64,000 nucleotides of DNA from Candidatus Latescibacterota bacterium (GCA_963791045.1 CAWBQK010000003.1:1-64000), one strand, 5' to 3'. Positions 10,077-21,099 are shown, numbered from the stretch's first letter. The notes: a model not told the origin generated them from the sequence alone. A program made the numbers and translations.

Positions 10077-11125
10077 ATGAAAAAGACATTCATCATCGCC
10101 GGATGGCTCGCCGTGGTCGTGGGCCTCGCGGGGAACGTGTTTGCGCAATCGAAACTGCGCGTCGTGACGACGCTTCCCGATTACAAGGTTATCGCCGAGT
10201 TCATCGGTGGGGACCGGGTTGAGGTAAGCGCCATCGTACAGGGTGACCAGGACGCCCACTTCATCCGACCCAAGCCATCGTTTGTTTCTCTCGTCCGCGA
10301 CGCGGATCTGTTGATCTCGACCGGTCTCGATCTCGAGTTGTGGCTGCCTACCGTTGTCGACAAGTCGGGGAACACGCGCGTTCGTAGCGGCGAGCCGGGA
10401 TACGTTGCCGCGGCGCAGGGGATGAAACTCCTCGAGAAGCCGGAGGTGATGTCGCGGTCAGAGGGCGGCGTCCACATTTATGGGAATCCGCATGTCAACT
10501 GCAGCCCGATTAACATGCGGGTCGCTGCGCGGAATATCGCCACCGGGCTTGTCAAAACGATCCGCGATGGAAAAGAATTCTACGAGGCGAATCTCGAACG
10601 ATTTCTTGACACCGTCGACCGGCGCCTTTTTGGCGACGATCTCGTCGAATTCCTTGGCGGGGAAACCCTGTGCAAGCTCGCGGAAAAGGGGACGTTAATC
10701 GGTTTTCTCGAGGAGAAGGAATTTCGCGAGAAACCGCTGATCGATTACATCGGTGGATGGCTCGGGGAGATGATGCCGCTGCGCGGCACAGCGATCGTCA
10801 CCTATCACAAGAACTGGGTGTACTTCGTGCGGCTCTTTGGCCTGGAAGAGGCGGGAACCGTCGAGCCCAAGCCGGGGATTCCGCCCTCCCCAAAACATGT
10901 CACCGACTCTTGTCGAACAGATGCGCGCGCGGGAAATCAAGATACTGCTCGGCGGCGAACTACTTCGACGAGCAAAAAATCCGCACCGTGGCTGATCGGG
11001 TGGGCGCGGTGGCGGTGATCGTTCCGCTCTACGTCGGAGGCGCTCCGGATGTCGATGACTACTTTCAGCTCGTTGATTTCTGGGTCGACGGTTTGCTCGC
11101 CGCGCCGCGAAAGACTCGGGCCTGA
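10077..11125 (+). CDS. Metal ABC substrate-binding protein, ZnuA/TroA family (frameshift near 10910)
   Basis: VVTTLPD, GDQDAHFIRPKPS, GLDLELWLP, GVHIYGNPH, YHKNW, EPKPGIPPSPKH. Confidence 0.88.
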
Positions 11126-11156
11126 TCGAGCCCGTCCAGACGGGCGGGAGGTAGAT

Positions 11157-11996
11157 GTGAACGGCGGTCTTGAATTTTTTGCCGTGCAGATGACATTGAT
11201 GGCCGTCGTGCTGGTTCTCCACACCTACATGGGTCTGCATATCATCCGGCGGACGATTATTTTCTGCGACCTGGTGCTCGCCCAGCAGGCGGCGCTCGGC
11301 GCGCTCATTGGAATCGCCCTGGGCGTGAAATACGCCACCGGCGGATCCTATCTCGTATCGCTCGTGACCGTTCTTGCTCGGGTCGGTTCTTCTCGCCGTG
11401 GTCAAACCAAAGAACCGGCTGATTCCGCGGGAAGCAGTGATCGGAATCATGTTCGCGCTCGCGCTGGTGGCCTCGCTGCTCCTGGGCGACAAGATTTCCG
11501 GTGGCGGCGCGTACGTGACCAAGACGCTGGCCGGTTCGATGCTTTGGGTCAGTTGGAGACTGGTGGGAATTACCGTCGCGGTGTATCGCGTGCTGATCGT
11601 GTTTCACTACCGATTCCGTGATAAGATTCATCGGGCTATCCGAAGACCCCGACCAGGTAAAGCATCAGCGCTGGTGGGATTTTCTGTTTTTTGCCACACA
11701 GGGGGTAATCACCGTGATGATCGTTCCCATCGCCGGTGTGCTGCTTGCCTATTCGTTCCTGATGATTCCGGCGGCAATTGCGGGGATGTTTTCAAGAGGG
11801 TGGATCCGCGCCGTGGTTATTGGTTGGGTTGCGGGATTTTTCGCGTGCGGCGCGGGTCTTGTCGCCTCGTACAAGTGGAATCTGCCCGTACGGGCCGAGC
11901 CTTGTCCTGTCGCTGGGTGTTGTTTTTCTTGCCGCCGTTGTGATCCGGCTGGTTCGACCGGGATCGGCGCAGGTTGTGGGAGGGGAGGGACGATGA
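11157..11996 (+). CDS. Metal ABC permease 1, ZnuB/ABC-3 family (frameshifted)
   Basis: HTYMGLHIIRRTIIFCDLVLAQ, EAVIGIMF, WDFLFF, AGVLLAYSFLMIPA. Confidence 0.8.
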
Positions 11997-13345
11997 TGGA
12001 GATCATCAGAGTGCTGGGTTTGCCTTTTCTCGCCTGCGTCGTCATGCTGGCGATTCTCTCGTACATCGGTATCCACGTTCTGAAGCGTGAGGTTATTTTT
12101 ATCGACATCGCGCTTGCACAGATCGCCGCCGTGGGCGCGATCGCCGGCCAGGTTGTTTTTCACTTTCATGATCAGCCGGTGCAGGCGTACGCGCTCTCGC
12201 TTGGCGCGACTCTCTGCGCCGCTGTTTTCTTTGCCGTCGTCCGCCGCCGGATCGTCGAGATCCCGCTCGAGGCGGTAATCGGCGTGTCGTACGCCGTCTC
12301 CGCGGCCGCGGCGCTTTTTCTTGTGGGTGTCGCCCCCGGTGGGCACGTTCATGTCCAGGAAATGTTGGCGGGAAGCATCCTGTGGGCGACGTGGAGTAAT
12401 TTTATATGGAGTGTTGTTGTGTTCGCCGTTGTCGGCTTCGTTTTCTTTTTGTTCAGGCGGCCGTTTCGCGCGATATCCGATGATTACGATGCAGCGGTGG
12501 CCGATGGATACAACACGCTTTTGTGGGATTTTCTTTTTTATGCGTTGGTCGGCGTGGTGATAACAACGGCGGTGCGGACCGCCGGCGTTGTCGTCGTCTT
12601 TACATTTCTCATTATACCGGCGACGCTGTCCGCGGCGTTCGCCAGTGGTTGGGTCACGCGGCTCGCGATTGCCTGGGTGGTCGGCGCACTCTCCGCGGCG
12701 CTCGGTCTCTTGTTCGCTGTACGTTTTGATTTCTCCGTCGGACCCGCGATCGGTTTGTACCTCGGTGTCGGATTGATAACGGTTGGGCTCCTGAGGGCGG
12801 TTCGAGCATCGAAAATCGTGACCGTTGCGGGGGCCGTTGTCGCCGCGGGTGTCTTTGGCGTGTGGCTGGCGACCGGAACACCGTCGACGGGGTCGTCTTC
12901 CGGCCGCGCGCCGCGCGAAACGGTTCGATCCTCGTCCGGGAATGTCAGAGGCCACTCCCACGCGGGTGCGCATTCGCATTCCGAAGATCATCACCTGCAC
13001 GAAGCGACTCACGACGCGGGTTCCAAGCACCACGAATTGAACGAACGCTCACTCGCCTCCGTGTCCGACGTGCCGGAGCTCTTCCGTTTGTACGAAAAAG
13101 GGACCGACGCGGAAGAGAAAAGCCTTGTTGTCGCCCGTCTTCTCGATGTCGATTCCAAGGCCGGTGTGGAAAAGGCGCTCGATTTTCTCGGAGGCGATCC
13201 ACCGCTTCTCTTCCGGTTGACCGTCATCGACAAACTCGAAGAAATCATGGGAACCCCTGTGGACTACCAGATCGATGAGTCGTTCAACTCGCAGGTCAAC
13301 CAGCGCGCCGTCGCCGATCTTAGAAAAACCGCAGGCCTGGACTGA
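11993..13345 (+). CDS. Metal ABC permease 2, ABC-3 family, with His-rich linker and extra C-terminal domain
   Basis: SYIGIHVLKREVIFIDIALAQIAA, EAVIGVSYA, WDFLFYA, GVVVVFTFLIIPA; HSHAGAHSHSEDHHLHEATHD. Confidence 0.85.
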   Translation: MMEIIRVLGLPFLACVVMLAILSYIGIHVLKREVIFIDIALAQIAAVGAIAGQVVFHFHDQPVQAYALSLGATLCAAVFFAVVRRRIVEIPLEAVIGVSYAVSAAAALFLVGVAPGGHVHVQEMLAGSILWATWSNFIWSVVVFAVVGFVFFLFRRPFRAISDDYDAAVADGYNTLLWDFLFYALVGVVITTAVRTAGVVVVFTFLIIPATLSAAFASGWVTRLAIAWVVGALSAALGLLFAVRFDFSVGPAIGLYLGVGLITVGLLRAVRASKIVTVAGAVVAAGVFGVWLATGTPSTGSSSGRAPRETVRSSSGNVRGHSHAGAHSHSEDHHLHEATHDAGSKHHELNERSLASVSDVPELFRLYEKGTDAEEKSLVVARLLDVDSKAGVEKALDFLGGDPPLLFRLTVIDKLEEIMGTPVDYQIDESFNSQVNQRAVADLRKTAGLD

Positions 13346-13432
13346 CGGTAGGCGTTAACGGCTGCCGAGCGCTTTTTGGCTTATATTTCTTAACTCATTC
13401 AATCATAGCTTGTTATCAGCGCATCAATTTTC

Positions 13433-13483
13433 TTGACTAGTCGCTGTGTTGGACTATATTCTAACTATCGTTGGTATGTTAGA
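13433..13483 (+). promoter_or_regulatory. Putative promoter and ArsR-type operator
   Basis: TTGACT-16bp-TATATT, then imperfect palindrome ATTCTAAC-TATC-GTTGGTAT. Confidence 0.4.
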
Positions 13484-13520
13484 TTGTTGGCGGGGATTGA
13501 TAATTAAAAGGAGAACAGTT

Positions 13521-14897
13521 TTGAACTCCGAACTCAACACCGACGTTCTCGTAATAGGCGGCGGTCCGGCAGGGATCCAGGCGTCCCGCATGATCCGAAC
13601 CCAGGCCCCGGAAACCGAAGTTACTGTCCTGCGGCCCGAGCCGCACTCTATGATTTACTGCGCGCTACCGTACGTGATCGAAGGTCTTTTTCCGCTGAAT
13701 AAGACCCTGAAGAGTGACAGTCTGCTCACCGATGTAGGGGTGCGTTTGCTTAGGCAGCAGGCCACGAAGGTGGAGCCGGATGCCCACAGGGTTGTCCTCG
13801 ATGATGGTCGTGTGATCCGGTACCGCCAGCTGCTGATTGCCACCGGGGCAACACCGTTTCGCCCGCCTGTCCCTGGTATCGATCTTGAAAACGTAATGAC
13901 AATCAAAACCGCCGCGGACACCGAACGTGTTTTGAGCCGGATGAAGAAGCCCGGGCTCAAAGCGGTTGTGGTAGGCGCCGGTGCGATCGGTATCGAACAG
14001 GCGACTGCCTACCGGGCCCGGGGTGCAGAAGTTCACCTCGTGGAAATGCGCGACCATGTGTTGCCGAATCTGGTAGACGCTGATATGACCGGCCCGCTCG
14101 AAGACGAACTGCGAGCTTTGGGCGTCAACATGCATATGGGAAAAGGGCTGACGAGGATAGAGGGAAACAGGGAGGCTGAACGCGTGGTGCTCTCAGACGG
14201 TACGTTTATCGATCTGACACCGGATCGTGATCTGGTGATGGTCTCGGTCGGCATGGCGCCGGACATCGGTTTCGTCGATGACGCGGATTTCGAAATCAAA
14301 CCGGATGGACTCGTTGTCGACGAGCACATGCGCACCACGGTGCCGGACGTGTGGGCGGCCGGCGATTGTGTGGCATTCCGGTCGGGGATCGATGGGGAAC
14401 CGGTGGGGGGTAAACTCGCAACCAACGCCGTGCCAATGGCGAAGATTGCCGCCCACGACATGCTCGGGCGACCGGCTCGATATCCGGGTTTCTTCAATGG
14501 GGCCGCAACGGTCGTCGGCCGCTGGCGAGTTGCCGGTACGGGGTTCACCGCGGAGTACGCGGCCACCCGCGGCCTGAATGTGTTCACGGCGCTCGGCAAA
14601 ACTGCTACGCGCTTTCCGATGATGCCCGAAGCTGGAGAAGTGACCGTAAAGCTTGTCGTCGAACGCGAGAGCCTTCGTATTATCGGCGGCCAAATTGTGG
14701 GAAGTGAGGCGGTTGCCGAACGTATTGACGTGATCACGCTGGCCGTTCAGAGGAAGATGACGGCGCATGACCTGGCCGCTCTGAGTTATTCGGCTCAGCC
14801 GTGGCAAACGTTTTTTCCGGCGCGCAACGCCATAGTGGAGGCGGCTCAGGCAGCCGTCAGTGTTGAAGATTCTCTTGTCGAGCGAGGAGCCTCGTGA
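13521..14897 (+). CDS. FAD-dependent CoA-disulfide/persulfide reductase or NADH oxidase family
   Basis: VIGGGPAG, single redox Cys YCALPY, IATGA, VVGAGAIG, TTVPDVWAAGDC, C-terminal dimerisation domain; TTG start after AAGGAG. Confidence 0.85.
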   Translation: MNSELNTDVLVIGGGPAGIQASRMIRTQAPETEVTVLRPEPHSMIYCALPYVIEGLFPLNKTLKSDSLLTDVGVRLLRQQATKVEPDAHRVVLDDGRVIRYRQLLIATGATPFRPPVPGIDLENVMTIKTAADTERVLSRMKKPGLKAVVVGAGAIGIEQATAYRARGAEVHLVEMRDHVLPNLVDADMTGPLEDELRALGVNMHMGKGLTRIEGNREAERVVLSDGTFIDLTPDRDLVMVSVGMAPDIGFVDDADFEIKPDGLVVDEHMRTTVPDVWAAGDCVAFRSGIDGEPVGGKLATNAVPMAKIAAHDMLGRPARYPGFFNGAATVVGRWRVAGTGFTAEYAATRGLNVFTALGKTATRFPMMPEAGEVTVKLVVERESLRIIGGQIVGSEAVAERIDVITLAVQRKMTAHDLAALSYSAQPWQTFFPARNAIVEAAQAAVSVEDSLVERGAS

Positions 14898-15583
14898 GCC
14901 GATCGAGTGAAAATTTGTCGAAGGATCTTGAAGGGTATCAACGCCTGGCCGATCTGGTCGGCGTATTGTCCAGCCCAATTCGCCTCGAGCTGATCGAGGC
15001 GCTGGCACAGTGCGCCCGCACGGTTGAGGTGCTCTCTCATGTGTGTGCGCTTCCGGTGAAAACCGTGTCTCACCATCTTCAGAAACTTCTCGCTGCCGGT
15101 CTGGTACGTCGGACGGCCCGGGGACGCGAGGCAGTGTATAGCCTTTCCGACGCATCGGTAGTCGGCCTGTGGGCTCACCTGCAGGCTTTCGCCGAGGAAC
15201 AGGCAGCCAGACGGGAGAGTGCGGAGACCACTTTGCCCGGACACCTCGCATTGCAGGTCGGCCCGGGTGCTCTCTGGAGTCTGGTGGATGAGGGACGTGC
15301 GGCATTGCTCGACGTGCGTCCGGCAGCGGAATATTCCGCGGGACACATTCCCGGTGCGCGATCGATTCCCCTGCAGGATCTCGAACACCATCTGGGCGAG
15401 CTGCCCAAGGAACGACTTATCGTTGCCGTGTGCCGGGGACCTTACTGTCGTCTAGCGGATGCCGCTGTTTCGCTTCTTCAGTCGCGCGGCTTTGAGGCGG
15501 TACGGTATTCGGGCGGAGTACTCAAATGGAGGGCGGACGGCGGTGAGCTTCGCCGCGAGAATACCGACGAGAATACGGATTAG
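14894..15583 (+). CDS. ArsR/SmtB regulator fused to rhodanese domain
   Basis: LSSPIRLELIEALAQ...VSHHLQKL HTH; LLDVRPAAEYSAGHIPGARSIP; VCRGPYC. Confidence 0.88.
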   Translation: MSRSSENLSKDLEGYQRLADLVGVLSSPIRLELIEALAQCARTVEVLSHVCALPVKTVSHHLQKLLAAGLVRRTARGREAVYSLSDASVVGLWAHLQAFAEEQAARRESAETTLPGHLALQVGPGALWSLVDEGRAALLDVRPAAEYSAGHIPGARSIPLQDLEHHLGELPKERLIVAVCRGPYCRLADAAVSLLQSRGFEAVRYSGGVLKWRADGGELRRENTDENTD

Positions 15584-15668
15584 GCGGCGGAAGCAGTTTC
15601 GAAAACAAACAGCAGGGATGAAAACGCGGCGACGTATTTTATTCCACCGGTCCCCTGTAGTTTTCCAC

Positions 15669-16309
15669 TCACAAATGTTCAAGTGTGACGGCCTCGAGAA
15701 CGACAAAGCCGCCCCGGCCAAACCCCGTTTCAAAGGGCTGAATTTTGTCGATCAAATCCATCTCTCCAAAAACTGTTTGGACGACCTGAACCTTCCCAAA
15801 GCCGGCCTCTTTCAAATAGGAAATTATCTCGTTGGTAGAATAAAACGTAGCCGGGCGATAAAACTTATTTTTCTCTTTGTATTTCTCATACAACCGGCCT
15901 AGTGGGCTGGTCTTGTCCACCAAACCGATTATGAGACGGCCGGTCGGTGTCAAAATTCTCCGCGCTTCGCGAAAAGTCGCCAGGATATCATCGACAAAAC
16001 AAACCGTCGTAACCATCAATGCGAAATCAAAAGATCGGTCGGGGAGCGGTAGGGATCTCCAACACCGTCGTGAACGATGAGCCCTTTCTCCCTCGCGTGT
16101 TCCCGCATGGCCACGGACGGCTCGACGCCTTCGCTTATGCCCAGCGGAATCGCAAATCTTCCCGTTCCGATTCCAATTTCCACCCCTTTTTCGTCCTTCT
16201 GTATAAAGTGGCGAACGGCGTCCAACTCTGACAGATAAACAAATCGGTGCTTGTCGAACCACTCCTCGTACTCATCGAGGTAGTCGTCGAAAGGTTGGGT
16301 TCGTGGCAT
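15669..16309 (-). CDS. Class I SAM-dependent methyltransferase (frameshift near 16050)
   Basis: YEEWFD, GVEIGIGTGRFA, GVEPS, FDFALMVTTVCFVDD, ARRILTPTG. Confidence 0.82.
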
Positions 16310-16525
16310 GGGCCCCTCACTTTGAACGGATGGCGCCGGATCCGCGCCTGGAAAGAAAATCGAAAGATGATGATGTGATTATACGCCATTCAGTCAGCGG
16401 ACTCAATTCCCGCGGCGATCCGGCCGGCCAGCGCACAAGCCGCACATAAAATATTATATGTCAACATATTAAGTGTCGGTCGTTTTGATCCGAACCGGAA
16501 ATCATCCGGCGCCCGAATAGACATG

Positions 16526-16559
16526 TTGACATTTGTTGGTTATTTGGCTAAATTGCCAA
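16526..16559 (+). promoter_or_regulatory. ars operon promoter with operator palindrome
   Basis: TTGACA-17bp-TAAATT; TTGGC-N6-GCCAA palindrome brackets the -10. Confidence 0.6.
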
Positions 16560-16564
16560 CTATG

Positions 16565-16590
16565 TAGATCTGCTCATTAGATCTGCTCAT
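16565..16590 (+). repeat. 13-bp tandem duplication
   Basis: TAGATCTGCTCAT twice in the arsR leader. Confidence 0.85.
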
Positions 16591-16615
16591 AGGAGCTGCC
16601 CAAAGGAACGATCGT

Positions 16616-16936
16616 ATGGATGAACAAACACGCGCTCTTTTTGAAGCCCAGGCGGCTGTGATCAAGGCCATGGCCCACCCCACGCGCCTCTTCATTGTCG
16701 ACCAGCTGGCGCACGGGGAGAAATGTGTCTGCGAGCTCACCGATATGATCGGCGCCGACGTTTCCACCGTGTCCAAGCATCTCTCCGTTCTCAAGAACAC
16801 GGGGATCGTAAAAGACGACAAACGCGGGACCCAGGTGTTTTATACCCTGGAGATGCCGTGCGTTCTCAATTTCTTTACGTGCGTGCGTTCGGTGATCGAA
16901 TCAAGGGCGAAGGGTCAGATGAAACTCATCCGTTAG
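16616..16936 (+). CDS. arsR: ArsR/SmtB family repressor
   Basis: KAMAHPTRL, GEKCVCEL, STVSKHLSVLKNTG, PCVLNFFTC. Confidence 0.85.
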   Translation: MDEQTRALFEAQAAVIKAMAHPTRLFIVDQLAHGEKCVCELTDMIGADVSTVSKHLSVLKNTGIVKDDKRGTQVFYTLEMPCVLNFFTCVRSVIESRAKGQMKLIR

Positions 16937-17006
16937 AAGCAAGGTCGGCGCTGCGCGCCGGTTGTCGTGGTGAGTGGGTTCAATTACGATTGAAGGTGTG
17001 GTGACG

Positions 17007-18308
17007 ATGTTCTGGAAGAATGAATGGAAAAGTCTCGCGGCGGTGACCGCTGTATTCCTCGGGTGTTATTTTCTCCCCGTGGGTTACGCGCGTTTTGATA
17101 ACGCGGTGAACGAAGCGCTTCACCTCGTCCGCTGGTATGCGCGGGAACACGTTGTCCTGTGTTTGATCCCCGCGTTTTTTATCGCCGGGGCCATTGCTGT
17201 TTTTATCCGCCAGGAAGCGGTGATCAAATACCTCGGCGTACGGGCCAACAAGGTTCTTGCGTATGGCGTGGCGTCGATCTCTGGCTCGATTCTCGCCGTG
17301 TGCTCGTGTACCGTGCTGCCTCTTTTTGCAGGGATCTATAAAAGAGGGGCGGGTCTTGGCCCCGCGACCGCGTTCTTGTACGCGGGTCCCGCGGTCAACG
17401 TGTTGGCGATAATTCTTACCGCCCGTGTGCTTGGTGTCGAGTTGGGTATCGCAAGGGCGGTCGGCGCGGTTGTTTTCAGTATCGTGATTGGTCTCGTGAT
17501 GCACTTCATTTTCCGGAACGATGAAACGCCGGAAGTTGGAGTCTCAAAGGGCCTGGGCGCGGCCGAGGGCAGACCTTTGTGGAAGGACGCGGTGTTCTTT
17601 GCATCGATGGTTGGAGTTCTGGTTTTCGCCAACTGGGGCCGCCCCGAAGGAATCAAGAGGGGTTCTGGTACGCGGTTTATTCGGCGAAATGGCTGATAAC
17701 GGCGGGTTTTTCGGCGCTCTTCGCCGTCGTGCTGATCGCGTGGATGGGCGTGAAATGGTGGCGTGTCGCGCTTGCCGCGGCGCCGGCGATTATTCTTGCC
17801 GTCGTGCTGCCCGACAAACCCGTTGTGGCTTTCGCCGCCGGGATCGTCGGACTATCGGTGATTACCAGCACGGACGATGGTGAATCGGGCGCCTGGTTTG
17901 ATTCGTCGTGGGAGTTTGCCAAACAGATCCTGCCGCTTCTGTTGATCGGTGTTTTGCTCGCCGGTATTTTTCTCGGCCGCCCAGGTGAGGAGAGGGCTGA
18001 TCCCGTCAGAATGGGTCAGCCGCGCGGTCGGCGGAAATTCATTCGGCGCGAATTTCTTCGCCTCTGTCGTCGGCGCTTTTATGTATTTTGCGACACTCAC
18101 GGAGGTTCCGATTCTCGAAGGACTGATTGGTAACGGGATGGGGAAGGGACCGGCGCTGGCGCTGCTTCTTGCCGGCCCCGCGCTGAGCCTCCCCAACATG
18201 CTTGTCATACGAAGTGTTATGGGCACGCGCAAAACACTGGTGTTTGTCGCGCTGGTGGTTGTGATGGCCACAATTTCGGGATCTTTTTACGGATCCGTAT
18301 TCGGGTAG
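17007..18308 (+). CDS. ArsP/DUF318 family permease (two frameshifts)
   Basis: EHVVLCLIPAFFIAGAI, LAVCSCTVLPLF, FMYFATLTEVPI, LLLAGPALSLP. Confidence 0.85.
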
Positions 18309-18319
18309 GAGGCAACAAA

Positions 18320-18558
18320 ATGAAAAACATCAAGGTTCTTGGTCCGGGCTGCGCCGAAATGCGAAAGACTTTTCGAGAATGTCGAGAAAGCAGTAAGCGA
18401 ACTTGGGATCGAGTGTGACGTCGAAAAGATTACCGACATCGAAACGATCGTTGGATACGACGTCATGCTGACGCCTGCACTTGTTGTTGACGAAGAGGTC
18501 AAATCGGCGGGCAAGGCGCTGTCCGTCGCGTGATCTCAAAACCATTTTGGGGGCGTAG
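18320..18558 (+). CDS. Small thioredoxin-like redox-active disulfide protein, MTH895/TM0996 type (frameshifted)
   Basis: MKNIKVLGPGC(P)KC...VEKITDI...YDVMLTPALVVDEEVKSAGK; GGAGG RBS. Confidence 0.8.
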
Positions 18559-18591
18559 ACGGTTTGAATTCTTCAGTTAAGAGGAGAAGGC

Positions 18592-19103
18592 ATGAGAGGG
18601 AAAACAATAGTCACAATGGTGCTGCTTGCTTTCGTTGCGGTGAGCGTCGTGTATCTGATCGTCACCGAGACACGGAAAACGCCCGCAACCGGAGAGCAAC
18701 TGACGAACGGTCCGTGCAGTCCGTCCGGGGAAGGTGTCGAAACCATTGGGGTCGCGGATCGCCAAGGTCATCGTTTATTACTTCCATGGGAACAAGCGGT
18801 GCAATACGTGCCGCACGATCGAAGCGTTCACCGACGAAGCGATAACACGGGCTTTCCGGAGGACCTCGAGTCGGGCCGGATCGATATGGAAGCGGTCAAT
18901 ATCGACGAACCCGGGAACGGACATTTCGTTGACGATATCAAATGACCACGCAAATCGGTCGTGCTTGTTGATCGTTGAGCGGCGGCGAGCGAAAAGGTGG
19001 ACGAATCTTGAACGTGTCTGGGATCTCGTCCGGAGACAAGGAAGGGTTCATCGATTACATAACCGAGAATACAAACACGTACATGGCGGAGAGCGATGGT
19101 TGA
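18592..19103 (+). CDS. ArsF-like thioredoxin-fold protein (frameshifted)
   Basis: N-terminal TM, VIVYYFHGNKRCNTCRTIE, VNIDEPGNGHF, WTNLERVWDLV. Confidence 0.7.
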
Positions 19104-19788
19104 TCTACTGGTGGTCGCGCTGTCCGCGTTATGGCTGGGAATTCTTACTTCTATCAGCCCGTGCCCGCTTGCGACGAATATCGCGGCGATCTCGTATATC
19201 GGCCGCGATGTGGGTAAGCCGCGCCGGGTTCTTTTTAGCGGCCTCCTCTATACAGCGGGACGGACGGTTGCGTATGTCGGGCTCGCCTTCGTTCTCGTCG
19301 CGAGTTTGATGTCGGCGCCGCATGTGTCGCACATTCTCCAGAAGTATATGAACAAAATTCTGGGGCCACTTCTCATTATAGTCGGTTTGTTCCTGCTCGG
19401 TTGGATCCAGACGGGATGGACCGGGGCTGGGCCGGGCGAAGGTTTTCAAAAGCGTGCCGGCCGGATGGGGATGTGGGGCGCCGGGTTGCTTGGATTCGGG
19501 TTTGCGCTCTCGTTTTGCCCGATCTCCGCGGCGCTTTATTTTGGAAGCCTCCTCCCGCTCGCATTGGAAAACGACTCGAAGATCCTGCTTCCCCTGGTAT
19601 ATGGAATAGGGACGGCTCTTCCTGTTGTTGTTTTTGCCGTGATCATCGCCTGGAGCGCTCATTCGCTTTCAAAGGCTTTCACCGGGATCACAAAGATCGA
19701 ACGCTGGGCGCGGATCGCGACCGGATCCGTTTTTGTTCTTGTCGGAATATATCTCACGCTGGAAAACATATTTGGAATCCTTGGGTGA
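19096..19788 (+). CDS. ArsG-like / CcdA-DsbD family membrane protein
   Basis: LGILTSISPCPLATNIAAISY, FALSFCPISAALYFG. Confidence 0.8.
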   Translation: MVDLLVVALSALWLGILTSISPCPLATNIAAISYIGRDVGKPRRVLFSGLLYTAGRTVAYVGLAFVLVASLMSAPHVSHILQKYMNKILGPLLIIVGLFLLGWIQTGWTGAGPGEGFQKRAGRMGMWGAGLLGFGFALSFCPISAALYFGSLLPLALENDSKILLPLVYGIGTALPVVVFAVIIAWSAHSLSKAFTGITKIERWARIATGSVFVLVGIYLTLENIFGILG

Positions 19789-19842
19789 ACGTTCGCACGG
19801 GATCACATTCGAGATAGGTGATGGTTCGTTAATCAGGAGTCC

Positions 19843-21042
19843 GTGGTGGCAACGAAAGCATGCGTGTCAAAACAGCCGCAGGGCCTGGGGTTTTTTGAAC
19901 GGTATCTGACCGTGTGGGTTCTATTGTGTATCGGCGGCGGAATCGTTCTTGGCAAGATAGCGCCGGGCGTGGCGACATTTCTCGACGGTCTTGCCGTTTA
20001 CGTCGACGACGCCCCCGTTGTATCGATCCCGATCGCCGTATGCCTGTTTTTTATGATGTATCCGATTATGGTGAAAATTGATTTTGTCGAAGTGCTCACG
20101 GCGGGGAAGAACATCAAGCCGGTTTCCCTCACGCTCTTCGTAAATTGGTTGATAAAACCATTCTCGATGTACGCGATCAGTCGTCTTTTTCCTCGGAACA
20201 TTTTTTCTCCACTTCATCGGTCCCGACGCCGTGGATCATGTCAAAATGCCGTTCGGGCTCGATCTGGCCCCGGGCGCCGCCTACGGAGAGGGTACAGTCG
20301 TTCTTGTCGATGGCATCAAGATGCTGCGAGGTGCCGTTGTGGCGAAGTTATCTCGCCGGGTGTATTCTGCTCGGGATCGCGCCATGCACGGCGATGGTGC
20401 TCGTATGGGGATTCCTCGCTCGGGGCAACGACGCGGCACACGCTGGTGATGGTCGCGATAAACTCTCTAGCGATGCTGTTCCTCTATGGCCCGCTCGGCG
20501 GATTTCTTCTCGGTGTCGGACGTCTTCCCGTACCCTGGCAGGCGCTTCTTCTCTCGATCGGCGTTTATGTGGCGCTTCCACTGGTCGCCGGCTATCTGTC
20601 CAGAAAGTGGATTATCGCGGTAAAGGGACGAGCGTGGTTCGAAGACAAATTCCTCCATTTGCTCACTCCGATGACTATAATCGCGCTGCTTTTGACGCTG
20701 GTACTTCTCTTTTCGTTCAAGGGAGAGGTGATTCTATCGAATCCGCTGACGATTCTGTGGATCGCCGTTCCGCTCTTCATCCAGACCGTTCTGATTTTTG
20801 CCGTGACGTACGGAATTGCCCGCGCGATGCCGGCTCCCGTACCGGACGCGGCGCCGTCGGCGATGATTGGCGCGTCCAATCATTTTGAAGTGGCGATTGC
20901 AACCGCCGTCATGTTGTTTGGACTGTCTTCGGGCGCGGCTTTGGCCACCGTGGTGGGAGTGCTCATCGAAGTGCCGGTGATGCTGATGCTTGTTCGCGTC
21001 TGTCTCAAGACGTCGCGCTGGTTCCCCGGAAAGGCCGCGTGA
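19843..21042 (+). CDS. acr3: ACR3 family arsenite efflux transporter (internal frameshifts)
   Basis: [42 protein letters not shown] (alternate frame), [22 protein letters not shown]. Confidence 0.9.
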   Translation: MVATKACVSKQPQGLGFFERYLTVWVLLCIGGGIVLGKIAPGVATFLDGLAVYVDDAPVVSIPIAVCLFFMMYPIMVKIDFVEVLTAGKNIKPVSLTLFVNWLIKPFSMYAISRLFPRNIFSPLHRSRRRGSCQNAVRARSGPGRRLRRGYSRSCRWHQDAARCRCGEVISPGVFCSGSRHARRWCSYGDSSLGATTRHTLVMVAINSLAMLFLYGPLGGFLLGVGRLPVPWQALLLSIGVYVALPLVAGYLSRKWIIAVKGRAWFEDKFLHLLTPMTIIALLLTLVLLFSFKGEVILSNPLTILWIAVPLFIQTVLIFAVTYGIARAMPAPVPDAAPSAMIGASNHFEVAIATAVMLFGLSSGAALATVVGVLIEVPVMLMLVRVCLKTSRWFPGKAA

Positions 21043-21099
21043 CCGGCACGGGAAGATCGGCTATAATGATCACCGGGTCGGTGGGAGAGTCCGCGGCCG

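Noticed and set aside
15669-16309. ArsM arsenite methyltransferase, suggested by position next to arsR
   Set aside because: Only about 210 aa with a single visible Cys; lacks the multiple conserved Cys of ArsM
18500-18558. In-frame TGA in the thioredoxin as possible selenocysteine or recoding
   Set aside because: Not at the CxxC site; removing one inserted base restores VADLKTILGA*
1745-21042. Programmed frameshifting or mass pseudogenisation
   Set aside because: Scattered single-base indels across unrelated genes with intact motifs fit sequencing error better
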